From Oikopleura dioica (lineage: Eukaryota; Animalia; Chordata): DNA of 64,000 nucleotides. Numbering within the stretch: the first letter of the stretch is position 1; each line of letters opens with the position of its first letter. Location: the NCBI GenBank assembly GCA_907165135.1, contig OU015567.1, forward strand, positions 62,001 through 126,000, read 5' to 3'. Of the stretch, positions 10,579 through 24,000 are shown piece after piece. The translations under genes and the position numbers were made by a program. Under the pieces are notes generated by a model. The model had not been told where the DNA came from, ran no database searches, and saw only the letters and a list, made by a program, of their open reading frames with translations.

Positions 10579-12116
10579 ATTTATGATAACGATGACCATC
10601 GTAAAAAAATTTTTTTTTTGAATTTTTTTTTCTGTTGGGTTTGAGAGGCTCAGAATCAACCAAAATGACGCTCGGAAGACGGCAGAAACGCTGCAAATAA
10701 AATTAGGGCAAAAAACGAAATTTCAAAATTTTGACCTCGTTTTTGGGCGATTCATGATAACGATGACCATCGAAAAAAAAATTTTTTGAATTTTTTTTCT
10801 GTTGGGTTTGAGAGGCTCATAATCAACCAAAATGTTGCTCGGAAGACGGCAAAAACGCTGCAAATAAAATAAGGGCAAAAAACGAACTTTCAAAATTTTG
10901 ACCTCGTTTTTGGGCGATTCATGATAATGATGACCATCGAAAAAATTTTTTTTTTTGAATTTTTTTTCTGTTGGGTTTGAGAGGCTCAGAATCGACCAAA
11001 ATGACGCTCGGGAGATGACAGGAACGCTGCAAATAAAATAAGAGCAAAAAACGAATTTTCAAAATTTTGACCTCATTTTTGGGCGATTCATGATAACGAT
11101 GACCATCGAAAAAAATTTTTTTGAATTTTTTCTGTTGGGTTTGAGAGGCTCAGAATCAACCAAAATGACGCTCGGAATACGGCAGAAACGCTGCAAATAA
11201 AATTAGACCAAATTACGAAATTTCAAAATTTTGACCTCGTTTTTGGGCGATTTATGATAACGATGACCATCGAAAAAAAATTTTTTGAATTTTTTCTGTT
11301 GGGTTTGAGAGGCTCAGAATCAACCAAAATGACGCTCGGAAGACGGCAGAAACGCTGCAAATAATATTAGGGCAAAAAACGAAATCTTAAAATTTTGACC
11401 TCGTTTTTGGGCGATTTATGATAACGATGACCACCGAAAAAAAAATTTTTTTTTTTTGAATTTTTTTCTAATGGGTTTGAGAGGCTCAGAATCAACCAAA
11501 ATGACGCTCGGAAGACGACAGAAACGCTGCAAATAAAATTAGAGCAAAAAACGAATTTTCAAAATTTTGACCTCATTTTTGGGCGATTCATGATAACGAT
11601 GACCATCGAAAATAAAATTTTTTTTTTTGATTTTTTTTCTGTTGGGTTTGAGAGGCTCAGAATCAACCAAAATGACGCTCGGAAGACGGCAAAAACGCTG
11701 CAAATAAAATAGGGGCAAAAAACGAATTTTCAAAATTTTGACCTCGTTTTTGGGCGATTCATTATAACGATGACCATCGAAAAAAAAATTTTTTTTTTGA
11801 ATTTTTTTTCTGTTGGGTTTGAGAGGCTCAGAATCAACCAAAATGACGCTCGGAAGACGGCAGAAACGCTGCAAATAAAATAAGGGCAAAAAACAAACTT
11901 TCAAAATTTTGACCTCATTTTTGGGCGATTCATGATAACGATGAACATCGAAAAAAAAATTTTTTTTTTTAATTTTTTTTCTGTTGGGTTTGAGAGGCTT
12001 AGAATCAACCAAAATGACGCTCGGAAGACGGCAGAAACGCTGCAAATAAAATTAGGGCAAAAAACGAACTTTCAAAATTTTGACCTCGTTTTTTGGCGAT
12101 TCATGATAACGATGAC
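10579..12116 (+). repeat. ~165-bp satellite, block 2
   Basis: Same monomer, resumes in phase after TSD ATTTA. Confidence 0.98.
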
Positions 12117-13249
12117 TGATGCCAATTACTCTAATTTATGACTCTCTAATCTAACTGCGTCTTGCAAAGGATGAGGCCTTAAAATACGAAACGTGGCTTT
12201 ATTATTTTGGTTATGAAGAGAGTGAAATTTCAATACAAATTTTTCCGAATTGCAAATTTTGCAGGTGCAAATATTTCCAAATAAGGCATTTCGCGCATTT
12301 CGCGCATATGTTTTTCTTTCCAATAATGACGCGGCGCTTTCGCGCCATTGTTATTTTCTTTTCATCAAATTGTTCGTAATCGCCACGCTCGTAATTATTG
12401 TTTTTTCTTGGTCAAATTTAATTTAAAATCATATCAAGAGATCAACTTCCCACTATGTGGCCATATCACTCTTGATAGAATTTTTTATCAATTTTAATTT
12501 TACTTGGTCCAAGTCCGTTTCCATAATCGTTGTCAGTCCATTGCGTCGTCGTTGTCGTCGTTGTAGTAGCTGGAGGTGTCGCCGCCATCGTTGAAGCTGC
12601 AGTTTTGTCGGTTTTGAGGAAAATGGTCAGTAGTCCTAAAGCGAGCCAAAAAAGTGTTCAATCAATTTTGCCTACCAGGAGCACTTACAGACAGCGCCAT
12701 CCCGCGGGTCACGGGGTCACACTGTCAAGCCGCAGGAGCGGAACTCAGCTAGAGGATGATAATTCATGCAACAGCTCCGTTGAAATCATAGAAGAGAGCC
12801 AATTGAAGTATTTTCCTATAAGCAGAATAATGCATTTCCAAAGCAGTCCGAGTCGTTGTTGATATCAAGGAAGAGACGAATTGTTTCATCAAAAATAATT
12901 ACCAGTCAGAAAGAATAAATTGAACATTAGAAAGTTAAATAAAACCGCCGAAACGGGTGGCTAAGGTGCCTTCAGAGAATGTTAAATAACGCGTACGTTA
13001 TAAATGAGAAATATAGATTTTGATGAACTCATGCTATCCAAAGATTTGGCTCCATAAATCTTCAGTTCGTTTAACTAGTGATTTTCATGCAAAATCAACC
13101 TTATTGGCGAAATTCGGGCCGTGAGTGGAAGGATTCAATTTTTATCTTTTATGTTCTTTTTCGCTATTCTTATCAGTATGACCCGTTGTGGGTATCTTTT
13201 TTTATTATTATAATTTGGAGCTTCTTTTACGAAAAAGAACTATTGAATC

Positions 13250-16200
13250 TTAAAATTTTGGTCCAAAAATAAGCTCGTTGTTTTTTCTTGGATGATTTGG
13301 ATACAGTTGTTCAAAGAAAATTTTAACAAATTCGATCATTTCAGTTTTGTTTTGAATAGCAGTTTTTGGAAGTTTGTATTCAGAAATCAGGACCTTTAAT
13401 TCGGGTTTTGTCAAATCGTAAAGAGTTTTCTCCTTTTTCAAGTTTAGAACTGAAAAAAACAAAAACTCTCCAGATTCGCTTTTTCGCCAATTAGGGTGAT
13501 TCTTTCGGATATACTCTCTTATTTTAATTCTTAATTCACCTACAGATTCCGTTGTAGTATAAAAGACCTCAAACTTATACAAAATATACCTAAGGGCTTC
13601 TCTCGTTAGCTCTCCTAGTTTCAAAATACACCCTTTCTCAATGTCCTCATCCTCCCTAATTCGTTCTTCAATATTTTTGAAAAATCAATATCCTTATTCT
13701 CAAATTTAAAAGCGATAGAAAGATTAAAATTTTGCTCACATATCATTTCTGAACAATCACTGGCTTCAGAATAAGAATTTTCCATATCTAAAATTTCTAA
13801 ATTTGGAATTTTTGAAGAGGGATTCGAATCTTTTGATGATTTTCTTTCTCTTTTTCGATCATTTTGTAGGCCTTCACCCTCGTTTGGATGACTTAATTCA
13901 AGTTCTCCCTCCCGATTAGCCGTTATGTCCAATTTGTCATATGAAATTAGATGTTCCGAATTATTATCAATCTGATTATGAACCGTTTCTGTCTCAATTT
14001 CAGAATCAAGTGTGACTTCCCAATGAGAATGCTCTTCTATTTCCCATTCAGAATCACAAATCGAATTCGATTCTCGTGGCAAAAAATCGTCAGGTTTTGG
14101 GATCTCATCCATAATTGACGAATTTATAGTTCCATTTACGGTTATATTTTGGTTCTCTATAATTGAAACAATAGAGTCTTCTTCGTCAGAAGAGTCAATT
14201 GATTCTAGTGTTTCAATTATAAAATCTGTAAATATATTTTCAAAAATTCCTTCGACAGAAAGAGAGACGAGCTTTTCGTACGCATTCTCCAGCAACTTTT
14301 CCTCGGAAGATAAACTTACTGGGGAATACGAACAATTTGAAAAATTTTCATGGAATCCTGAAGAATAGCTTTCGGACGTTTCTGTATCATATTGAGCGTC
14401 GGGGGAAAAACTCGGAATGCCCGAGCTTACTGTAATTTCCTTCCTATCATTATATTTTTTGAGATGATCGGCGTGTCTCCGATATTCTTTTTCCCCAGAT
14501 CTGACCGTGTACCACGTCCCCTCTGTGGAGCTACTAGTAACTTCATATGGGCCTAAAAAAGCTGGTTTTTTAGCGTGAAAATTTTTAATGAGAACTTGAT
14601 CACCGACCTTATATTTAACAAATTTAGGATTAGAAAATTTTTCAAGCCTGATTTGCTTCTCTTCGTCCAATAATTTCTTGATCGATTCAAAATTAATTTG
14701 TTCTCGTTCATGGTAAATCCTGTAATTTGGGTCAAAAATATCATGAGGGTGCTTAAATCCAAATTGAAGCGAGAATGGAGATGTTTTAGTGACCGAATGC
14801 TGTGAAGTATTTAAATCATGGACAATTTCTTGCAAAAATAAATCCCAGTTTTTATAATCACATTTAGCTCGCAGTCTACTTTTTAGGGTTCTATTAAAAT
14901 TTTCAACTTGACCATTTGTTGATGGATGTCTCGGTGGTGTAAAATGGGGCTCAATCGAATTTTCTTTCATAAATTTTTCCATTTCAGAATGCTCTCGAGC
15001 ATTATCTAGAATAACCTTTTTTGGGAAATAAGGATTTTTGAAAATAATGCTCTTAAATTTTCCAAGAAGATATTTTGAATCTCGAGATTTAAGCGGTTCA
15101 CAATAGCCAAATTTAGAGAAAAAATCAATCATAACTAAAACATATTTATTTCCAAAATCAGTTGGAGGAAGCGTGATAAGGTCAAATCCAAAAACTTCGA
15201 AGGGTCCGTCTGGAGTTTTAAATGATAATATTATTGGGATGAAAATAAGGCTTATCTTTCTGGCAAAACGGGCAAGTTTTTATAAATTCTTTTATACCAT
15301 TACGCATTCGCGGCCAAATATATTTCATTGAAATTTTTGCAAAAACTTGGTCGATTCCTGCGTGGCAATAGTCATGATAATTTTTTATTATTTCATTTTC
15401 GATATCCTTCGGCACGAGAACGCGACGATTATAAAATTCGTCAATGTAGGCTATTTCTCCACTTTCCAAAAAGGTCAATTTATCTCTCAAAAACGAATAA
15501 AAATTTATGTCCCCTTTGGGATTATTTGGCCATCTATCAATTTGCACGTATTTTCGAATTTCACTAAGTGTTGGGTCTAATTTTTGGATTTCACAAAATT
15601 TTTCTTGGGAAATTTGAATCGAATTAAGACTGACCTTATGTGAATTATTTCTACTCAAACAATCGCTAATTTTCATTTTTGATGAAGATTTTTGAATAGT
15701 TCGAAAGCAGAATCCCTGAATTTCAGTAATCCATCTAGCAATTTTTTGATTATTTGTCCTAAGCGATCTTATATATTTTATATTCGAATTGTCTGTTATC
15801 CAGTCGAATTCCGTATAAGAGAAATAAACAGCCCATTTTGTCATACAAGTTTTTGCAGAGTATAATTCCTTTTCGATAATTGTGTACTTTGACTGTGTTT
15901 CATTAAAATTTCCACTATTATAACCAACAGGGACCAAACAATCTGTAGAATGATGATGATTCTCGTCCCGACATTTTTGATCACAAATATACAGTGCTCC
16001 GCCGTAGCCAAGAGAGGATGCATCTGTTTCTAAAACAAAAACGCCTTGATCGGCTGGGGGAATTCTCAACTTCATTGCATTATTGCAAATTATTTCTTTG
16101 AGTTGTAAAAATGCTTGGGTGGCCTCATTCGTCCAGCAGAACGAATTTCTATATGTTTTTGTTATCGGTAATGCAATTGCCGCAAAATTTTTAATAAATC

Positions 16201-17859
16201 TTCTATGATAATTTAAAAGTCCAAAAAGACTTTGTGCACCTTCCTTAGACGTCGGGATTTTTAGGTTTTCAATCGCCTTGATTTTGTCTTTTGTTGGGGA
16301 AATTTCACCATTGGAAATAAAATAGCCGCAAAAATTTACAGACCGCGTAAAAACGAAGCTTTTCGTGAATGAATACGCAAATTATTAGCATCAAGAATCA
16401 TGAAAAATTTCTTTAAATTTAATAAATGCTCCTCTTCCGTTTTGCTATGAACTAAAAGATCATCCATATAGGGTAAAATTGCTGTTTTATCTACCCCTTT
16501 CAAGGCTTGGTCAATGATTCGCATGAAAAAAGCGGGCGCATTGCGGCAGCCCATCGGCATTCTCAAAAATCTAAATTGGCCGTGTTCAGTCGTAAACGCT
16601 GTCTTGTTTTTCGACTCTTCAGTCAATTCTATTTGATGAAAGCCTTTGATGAGATCGACCGAACTAAAAATTTTGCTATTCTCCAAATAAGATAGTGAGT
16701 CTTCTAAATTTGGCAAGGGATGATGAATTTGTATTGTTGCATCGTTAAGCTTTCGAAAATCAATTACGAGGCGCCATCGCCCGTCTTTTTTTCTGACCAA
16801 TATTGCAGGGCTATTCCAGGGGCTCGTACATTTTTCGATTATTTTATTCCCCGTAAATTTATCCAAAATATTTTTCCATTCCCGACGCAAACTAAATGGT
16901 TGTCTATAAGGCTGTGAAGAAATCGGGCACTGTGTATTTGTATCAATTGAAAATTTTTCAATAGAACACGCAGGAAGGGGATCATCATCATCAAGAAATA
17001 AATGTGTAACAATGTCTAAAAGGGCGTAAAAATCTTTTTCTACTTCTGGCGAGTTAATTTTACCGACTGAGATATTTTCCATATTTTTATTATTTGTGTT
17101 TTTGATTTGGGCAATTTCGACTATTTCATGTAATTTAGCAAAAACTGTTCCAGCTGGAATACGAATTGTTGTGTCTGTTGGATTAATAACGAGTAACCGA
17201 AAAATTGGGGAGTCTTTATCAACAATTTGTAAACTTGGAATAAGTTGCAGTTTTGAATTTCCGAGATTTGAATTTTCAAACGAGAGACTCATAGTTTTAT
17301 TGAAATTTTTAACCGAAAGATCAATTAATCTTTCTGATTTTCCTCTGAAGGAAAACGTTTCTGTTGAGAATGCGTCATATTCTTCAATCGACTCATTTCT
17401 TAAATTATCAGTAGCATTTTCATCCGAACTAATTAAATTAAGATTCGCGAACCGTTCAACCGGGCCTGCTTGAATCAATTTTTTACGATGAAGATTTATC
17501 AAAATTTCATTATCAAGAATCGCTGGCACTCCCAAAATAGGGCTAAGGTTATCCGAGACCACATAAAACCAGGACTTCCCCCAGGAAACATTTTCAATAA
17601 TAAATTCGGTTTCGATTTTGCCAAAAATTTCAATTTTTCCGCCGGTATAATTAACCGCCTCCATTTTTGTTTTTTCAATTTTTTTGTTTTTTGGAACATA
17701 TTTTTTACAAATACAATTTAATTGTGAGCCTGTGTCAAGTAAAAAACGTACATGTGAATCAAAAATTTTAGCATTTACAAAAAATTGCTCGCCAATTTTA
17801 TTTACAGAAATTTTCGGGATTGAAATTTGACCAGAATTTGTCCCGAAATTTAGTTTTTT
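13250..17859 (-). CDS. pol: Pol of B (pieces 16336-17898, 15218-16075, 13621-15132, 13250-13624)
   Basis: FLLDTGSQ protease, YMDD RT, VLETDAS RNase H, HHCC/DDE integrase, GPY, C-terminal extension. Several frameshifts. Confidence 0.93.
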
Positions 17860-18902
17860 TGCTCGACAGATCCCTGTTTCTCCCGACGCTTCAAACAATT
17901 TCTAGAAATGTGACCAAACCCATCACATTCAAAACATTTAATCTTAGGGCAACGCGGTTTAGTATGACCCCATTGATTACAATTACGACAGAAAGGGCTG
18001 CTCTGGGGGAGTCTGGGGATATCCAAATGGATATGGGGGAATTGCCGAGGGCGTTTGGGGCACGGGCTTATTTGTGATCTCCCTCTTTTCAATTTCGAGC
18101 TTTGCTACAGTCGCAGTCAACTGTTTGATCATGTCTGAGAGCTCTGAATTTTTGCGCTCATAATTAGCTTCCATTTGAGCGAGTCTTGAGTCAAGAATTT
18201 CACTTGTCTGATCGACAAAAGAGGCTAAATTCGTTTCAATCGAGGAAACACTGACACTCAAGAACCGCTCTCTGGAATCCAAAAAATCAGCAACTTCCTG
18301 AGCACTCTTTCTGTTATACCCATGATCTCGAAGAAATGACTTGTTGGCCGGTTCCAAACTTTTCATAAAATGAGCATCTGTTATAAACGAAACAGCGTCT
18401 AGTTTATCAGAAATAATTCCTGCAACCGTACGAATTCTCGTCAAATAAGAACCGAATTTTTCATTCATTTCGGACCGACGAGCCATATTTTCGAGTTCAT
18501 TTTGGGCCCGCTCCCGCTTCTCGTCCTCAGTTTCCTTGCCAAAAATAGTCTCTAAAAATTCAAAGGCCTTTTTCTCGGTCTCTAAATTTGCCATTTCCCG
18601 CCCGTGATTGCAAATAAAATCATGAGAGCAATTATTCCGAATACAGTCAACCGCCTGTCTTTCAAAAGCTTTTTCTAATTCAGCCCGATCGGACTCACGG
18701 TTATGATCTTGAATTGATTTTAAAAACAATTTTTCATGGCCGAAATTTTGTCAATCAAATTATTTTTAGAAATTTGAAATTCATAAGAAAGCATATTTGG
18801 CCGAAAATGTTGCCGAGAATTGAGGGAAGGGAATGGGGCAAAGAGAAAATCTTCGGGCCATTTTGTTACCTTGAAATTGGAGTCGCCGCTAGTGGTCGCC
18901 AT
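17850..18902 (-). CDS. gag: Gag of B (frameshifted pieces 18720-18902, 17983-18729, 17850-18092)
   Basis: Starts MATTSGDSNFK. Two knuckles CRNCNQWGHTKPRC and CFECDGFGHISRNC. Ends CAA AAA AAC TAA (slippery heptamer 17853-17859) followed by stem TTTCGGGA/TCCCGAAA. Confidence 0.88.
18892..18901 (-). promoter_or_regulatory. PBS of B (TGGCGACCAC), possibly tRNA-Arg type
   Basis: TGG abutting the 5' LTR end. The tRNA assignment is inferred from Arg tRNAs ending in ...GGUCG-CCA and is not verified. Confidence 0.6.
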
Positions 18903-19959
18903 GATGCCAATTACTCTAATTTATGACTCTCTAATCTAAGTGCGTCTTGCAAAGGATGAGGCCTTAAAATACGAAACGTGGCTTTATTATTTTGGTTATG
19001 AAGAGAGTGAAATTTCAATACAAATTTTTCCGAATTGCAAATTTTGCAGGTGCAAATATTTCCAAATAAGGCATTTCGCGCATTTCGCGCATATGTTTTT
19101 CTTTCCAATAATGACGCGGCGCTTTCGCGCCATTGTTATTTTCTTTTCATCAAATTGTTCGTAATCGCCACGCTCGTAATTATTGTTTTTTCTTGGTCAA
19201 ATTTAATTTAAAATCATATCAAGAGATCAACTTCCCACTATGTGGCCATATCACTCTTGATAGAATTTTTTATCAATTTTAATTTTACTTGGTCCAAGTC
19301 CGTTTCCATAATCGTTGTCAGTCCATTGCGTCGTCGTTGTCGTCGTTGTAGTAGCTGGAGGTGTCGCCGCCATCGTTGAAGCTGCAGTTTTGTCGGTTTT
19401 GAGGAAAATGGTCAGTAGTCCTAAAGCGAGCCAAAAAGTGTTCAATCAATTTTGCCTACCAGGAGCACTTACAGACAGCGCCATCCCGCGGGTCACGGGG
19501 TCACACTGTCAAGCCGCAGGAGCGGAACTCAGCTAGAGGATGATAATTCATGCAACAGCTCCGTTGAAATCATAGAAGAGAGCCAATTGAAGTATTTTCC
19601 TATAAGCAGAATAATGCATTTCCAAAGCAGTCCGAGTCGTTGTTGATATCAAGGAAGAGACGAATTGTTTCATCAAAAATAATTACCAGTCAGAAAGAAT
19701 AAATTGAACATTAGAAAGTTAAATAAAACCGCCGAAACGGGTGGCTAAGGTGCCTTCAGAGAATGTTAAATAACGCGTACGTTATAAATGAGAAATATAG
19801 ATTTTGATGAACTCATGCTATCCAAAGATTTGGCTCCATAAATCTTCAGTTCGTTTAACTAGTGATTTTCATGCAAAATCAACCTAATTGGCGAAATTCG
19901 GGCCGTGAGTGGAAGGATTCAATTTTTATCTTTTATGTTCTTTTTCGCTATTCTTATCA

Positions 19960-20293
19960 ATGACCATCGAAAAAAAAATTTTTTGAATTTTTTCTGTTGG
20001 GTTTGAGAGGCTCAGAATCAACCAAAATGACGCTCGGAAGACGGCAGAAACGCTGCAAATAAAATAAGGGCAAAAACGAAATTTCAAAATTTTGACCTCG
20101 TTTTTGGGCGATTCATGATAACGATGACCATCGAAAAAATTTTTTGAATTTTTTCTGTTGGGTTTGAGAGGCTAAGAATCAACCAAAATGACGCTCGGAA
20201 GACGACAGAAACGCTGCAAATAAAATAAGAGCAAAAAACGAATTTTCAAAATTTTGACCTCATTTTTGGGCGATTCATGATAACGATGACCAT
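19960..20293 (+). repeat. ~165-bp satellite, block 3 (2 monomers)
   Basis: Same monomer, between TSD ATGAC and TSD ACCAT. Confidence 0.97.
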
Positions 20294-21081
20294 TAATATC
20301 GATACGGCAGAAGAACATAAAAATAAAAATTGAATTATCCTTCAATCACGGCCAAATTACGCTAACTCGGATAGATTTTTGAATCTTTCACAAATCGAAT
20401 GTAAAACTTGAAATCTTGAGCCGATTTCATGAATCGCCAGCATGAGTTCATCATAATCCCTCTTATTCTCTGTAGCGTACGCGCTATTTCACTTCATTTT
20501 AGGCACATTAGCCAACCGTCTTCGGGCGTTAAAATCTCACTCTTTTAGGAACGCATGAATATTCAACCCTTTTCTATTGGAAACAACTCTCAATTCATTT
20601 TAGTTCTAAATTCTCTTTCTAGTTCAAATTAATCCCTTCTTATTTTGCTGTTTAAAACGATTCTCAAGCTTCAACCTGGAAAAGCTAAAAAACGACGGAT
20701 TCTTCCTTGATTTCACCCTGGACCATTTGTATGAATATTCATCCCCAGCTGAGTTCCGCTTTTGCGGCTTGACAGTGTGACCCCGTGCTCCGCGGGATGG
20801 CGCTGTCAGTAACTGCTCCTGGTAGGCGTTTTTGTTTGAACCCTTTTTGGCTCGATTAAGGACGAATGGCTATCATCTTTAAAAACGACAAAACTGCACG
20901 TTCTACAACGACGACAACTGCTCCATCAACGAAAACGACAACGAACGGACTGACAACGATTTTGGACATGGACTGATAACGGCTTCTTATCAAAAGTGAT
21001 ACGGCAACATAGTTGGAAGTTGATCTCTTGATAAGTCAAAATGATGATATGGGAATCGGCTGCTTCTTGCGTAACAATCAC

Positions 21082-24000
21082 TGATACCTTCCGAATAAAT
21101 AACAAAAATCAAAAAAAAAAATACAAAAAAATGAATAAAAAATGTTGCTCAAATATAAAAGCCCATAGTGCATGTTAATCAAAGAAAAATCAATAAGAGC
21201 CATATTGATTTTCCCTTGGGCCCTTAACTAAGTGGGTAAAGTTTTTGCTAATTTAATCAAAGGAAAATTAAGGGTTCAAGGGCTTTTACAAAATAATTAC
21301 TGGTTAGGGATTTTAGTTCGCATATTCTGCACGTACGCGTGTATCACATCAATTTATTATTGCATGAAAAGGATGATCGTTAAAACGTTAAAAATCACAT
21401 ATATCTATGCCTTTATTTACAGTGTTGATTGTAAATAAAAGTATAAGAAATTCTTAGGAAAATTTTATCTGAAAAAATATTTGTTTCTGTCATAAAAATC
21501 AACGAACCGCTGGGGAACGACTGCTGCTTTTCTTCCTTGATTTCGACGACGTTGGGACCTATCATCCTTACATGCTTCGCTTCCACGAAAGTGGCTGTTC
21601 GCAAAGTAGCCTGGAGCAGAATATCTCAATATGGCCAACCGCGAACATAAGCGCGACATGGTAATCAAAACTGTCGAGCCCGTTACGGCTGCTTTTAAAT
21701 TTTCTGACCAAAAAACAAAGATGGCAACTACACAACGAGCCGATGGCAGAGACAACGACGACTTCTACTTCTACAACACTTTGGACAACGATAAAAACGC
21801 TTGGAACGACTACGATTTGCTTAACGGCTTTGGAAACCCAGAAATACTTTCACAATCGGTGGGTCACATAGTGAGAAAGCCGGTTTTGAGAGTGATTTCA
21901 AGAAAATGCGCCAGCTGTGGCAAAGAAAAATACAAAAAAAAATGAAATTTGAAAAAGACGAAAATTATGTAACCACAATCATTGGGGTTACATAACGAAG
22001 ATTATGAAAATTATATAATGGCTATTTTGCCTTTGGATAAATTGAAAATGAAAAATTTCATCAGAAAGTTACATAATGCGAAAGACAATTGACGTAAATG
22101 GCGCCATGACTTCTTAACAATGGAAATCCAGCGCAAACCGGTTGGCAAAAACTTGACCTTCTCCATTTTCAAAAATTGATCCTCATTCTTGATCTTTCAA
22201 TAAATCACCAACAGCAAATAAAAATCTCGGAAAAAGCTCTAGAATTATTTATTCCACCGATTTCTGGGGGTAAATTTGTGGTCGAGTGTGATGCAAGCGA
22301 TCGGAGTTTCGGAGGAGTTCTATATTTATGCGCGGAAAAGATTCCATCTGAAAACCATGTTCATAATTCCGGCTGTCTACGGCCATGCGCATATCACAGT
22401 GGTAATTTTTCTGACACACAGATCAAGTATACGATTTTTGAAAAAGAAATTTTGGCTTCTAGAATTTGCATAAATAAGTGGAGCGTCTATCTGAAATATA
22501 CAAATTTTGATCTTATAACAGACAATGGAAATATGAAATATCTCAATTCGCTAAAAACAAATAATTCCCGTATTCAAAGATGGATAGCTGAGCTTATGAC
22601 CTTTAATTATAAAATTCTCCAGAAACCATCAAGTGCGCTTAAAATTTCAGATTATCTCTCAAGATACCCGGGAAAAACCGAAAAAGCGGCAATTTCTCTT
22701 ATCAAAATTGATACCAAAAATTTTATTGAGCTTCAAAACTTGACCCGATCTTACGGCTTATAAGACAATACGTCGGAATTGACAGATGGCCGAATAATCC
22801 GACGGAAAAAATTTCATATTATTTATTGCACCGGAAAAATTTATGTTTTCTCGAATCAGGGAGCTTATCCTAAGGGAAGGGAATCTAGACAAATTCTGCG
22901 TTCCAGAAGTTTTGCGTTCTGACCTTATGCGTGAATATCATGAAGGGGGTCACTCTGGAATAGAAATTACATTTTCAAAATTAAATCAAAAGTATTTTTG
23001 GGAAAAAATGCGCCAAGATGTAGTCGAGTTTATTAGATCATGCAAATACTGTCAATTAAATAAACCAAACTGTAATCCGAATAAAGCCGCCCCAAAGACA
23101 TTTCCATCTCCAACAGGGCCGTATCAACAAATGGGCTTTGATATGATCGGTCCTCTTCGGCCAACGGACAGTGGGAATATTTATATTTTTACTGCTATTG
23201 ATTTTTTCAGCAAAAAAAGCTTATGGGGTACCACTTAATTCTAAAAAATCAGAATATCTCCTCGATAAATTTAAGTCTATTCTTTTTTCAAACCCTTTCT
23301 TTCCCAAGTTGTTAATTTTCGATAACGCCCCTGAATTTTCAAAAATTCGTGAATTTTGTGCGGAAAATAATATTGAACTTAAAAACAGTCCACCAAGACA
23401 TCCAGCAACTAATGGTAGTGTCGAAAATTTTAATCGAACTCTTAAGAGCCGGCTTAAAGCCCGATGTCAGTTTAATAATTGGGACCGTTATCTTTCGGAA
23501 ACTCTTCACGAAATAAATAGTTCTAAGCATTCAGTCACAAAATTTTCTCCGTTTTCAATTGAAACAGGAATCGAGGTTCCACACTTTTTGAATGACCCCA
23601 ATTGGAGACAGTATAGGGATAAAATAAATATTGATTTTAAAGCAATTAAACACAATATTGATGAAGAAAAATCTCGGAGATGCGCAAGGCTCAAAAATGA
23701 AAAATTTCAAGAATACGCCCTCAATGAAAAAGTCTTGCTAAGAAATTTTCGATCAAACGACCCCCCATTTATTGGCCCCTACATAATTATTAATAAAACC
23801 CCTACGGTGTATTCTTGTAAAAATTTAGAGACAGGAAAAATTCTAATTCGCCACGCGAACGACTTAAGAAAATTTCATGAGCGCCAAGATAAAATCTCTC
23901 CAAAAATAGAGCATGATAATAATGAAATAGTAAGGGATGGGCACGAGGATAAAAATTCAATTGAGGGGTTTAGATATGTTGAGTTTTTCTCCGTCACAGC

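Larger units (their letters stand above)
12117..19959 (-). mobile_element. Full-length Ty3/gypsy element B
   Basis: LTRs 12117-13175 and 18902-19959 differ by about 2 substitutions and 1 indel. Termini TGATA...CATCA. TSD ATGAC at 12112-12116 and 19960-19964. Confidence 0.97.

Noticed and set aside
19455-19535. Hammerhead, twister, twister-sister or hairpin ribozyme identity for the LTR structure
   Set aside because: No CUGANGA/GAAA core. The CCCG-UG...-CGGG loop and CCUGGUA only superficially resemble twister-sister and hairpin segments, and other conserved nucleotides are missing.
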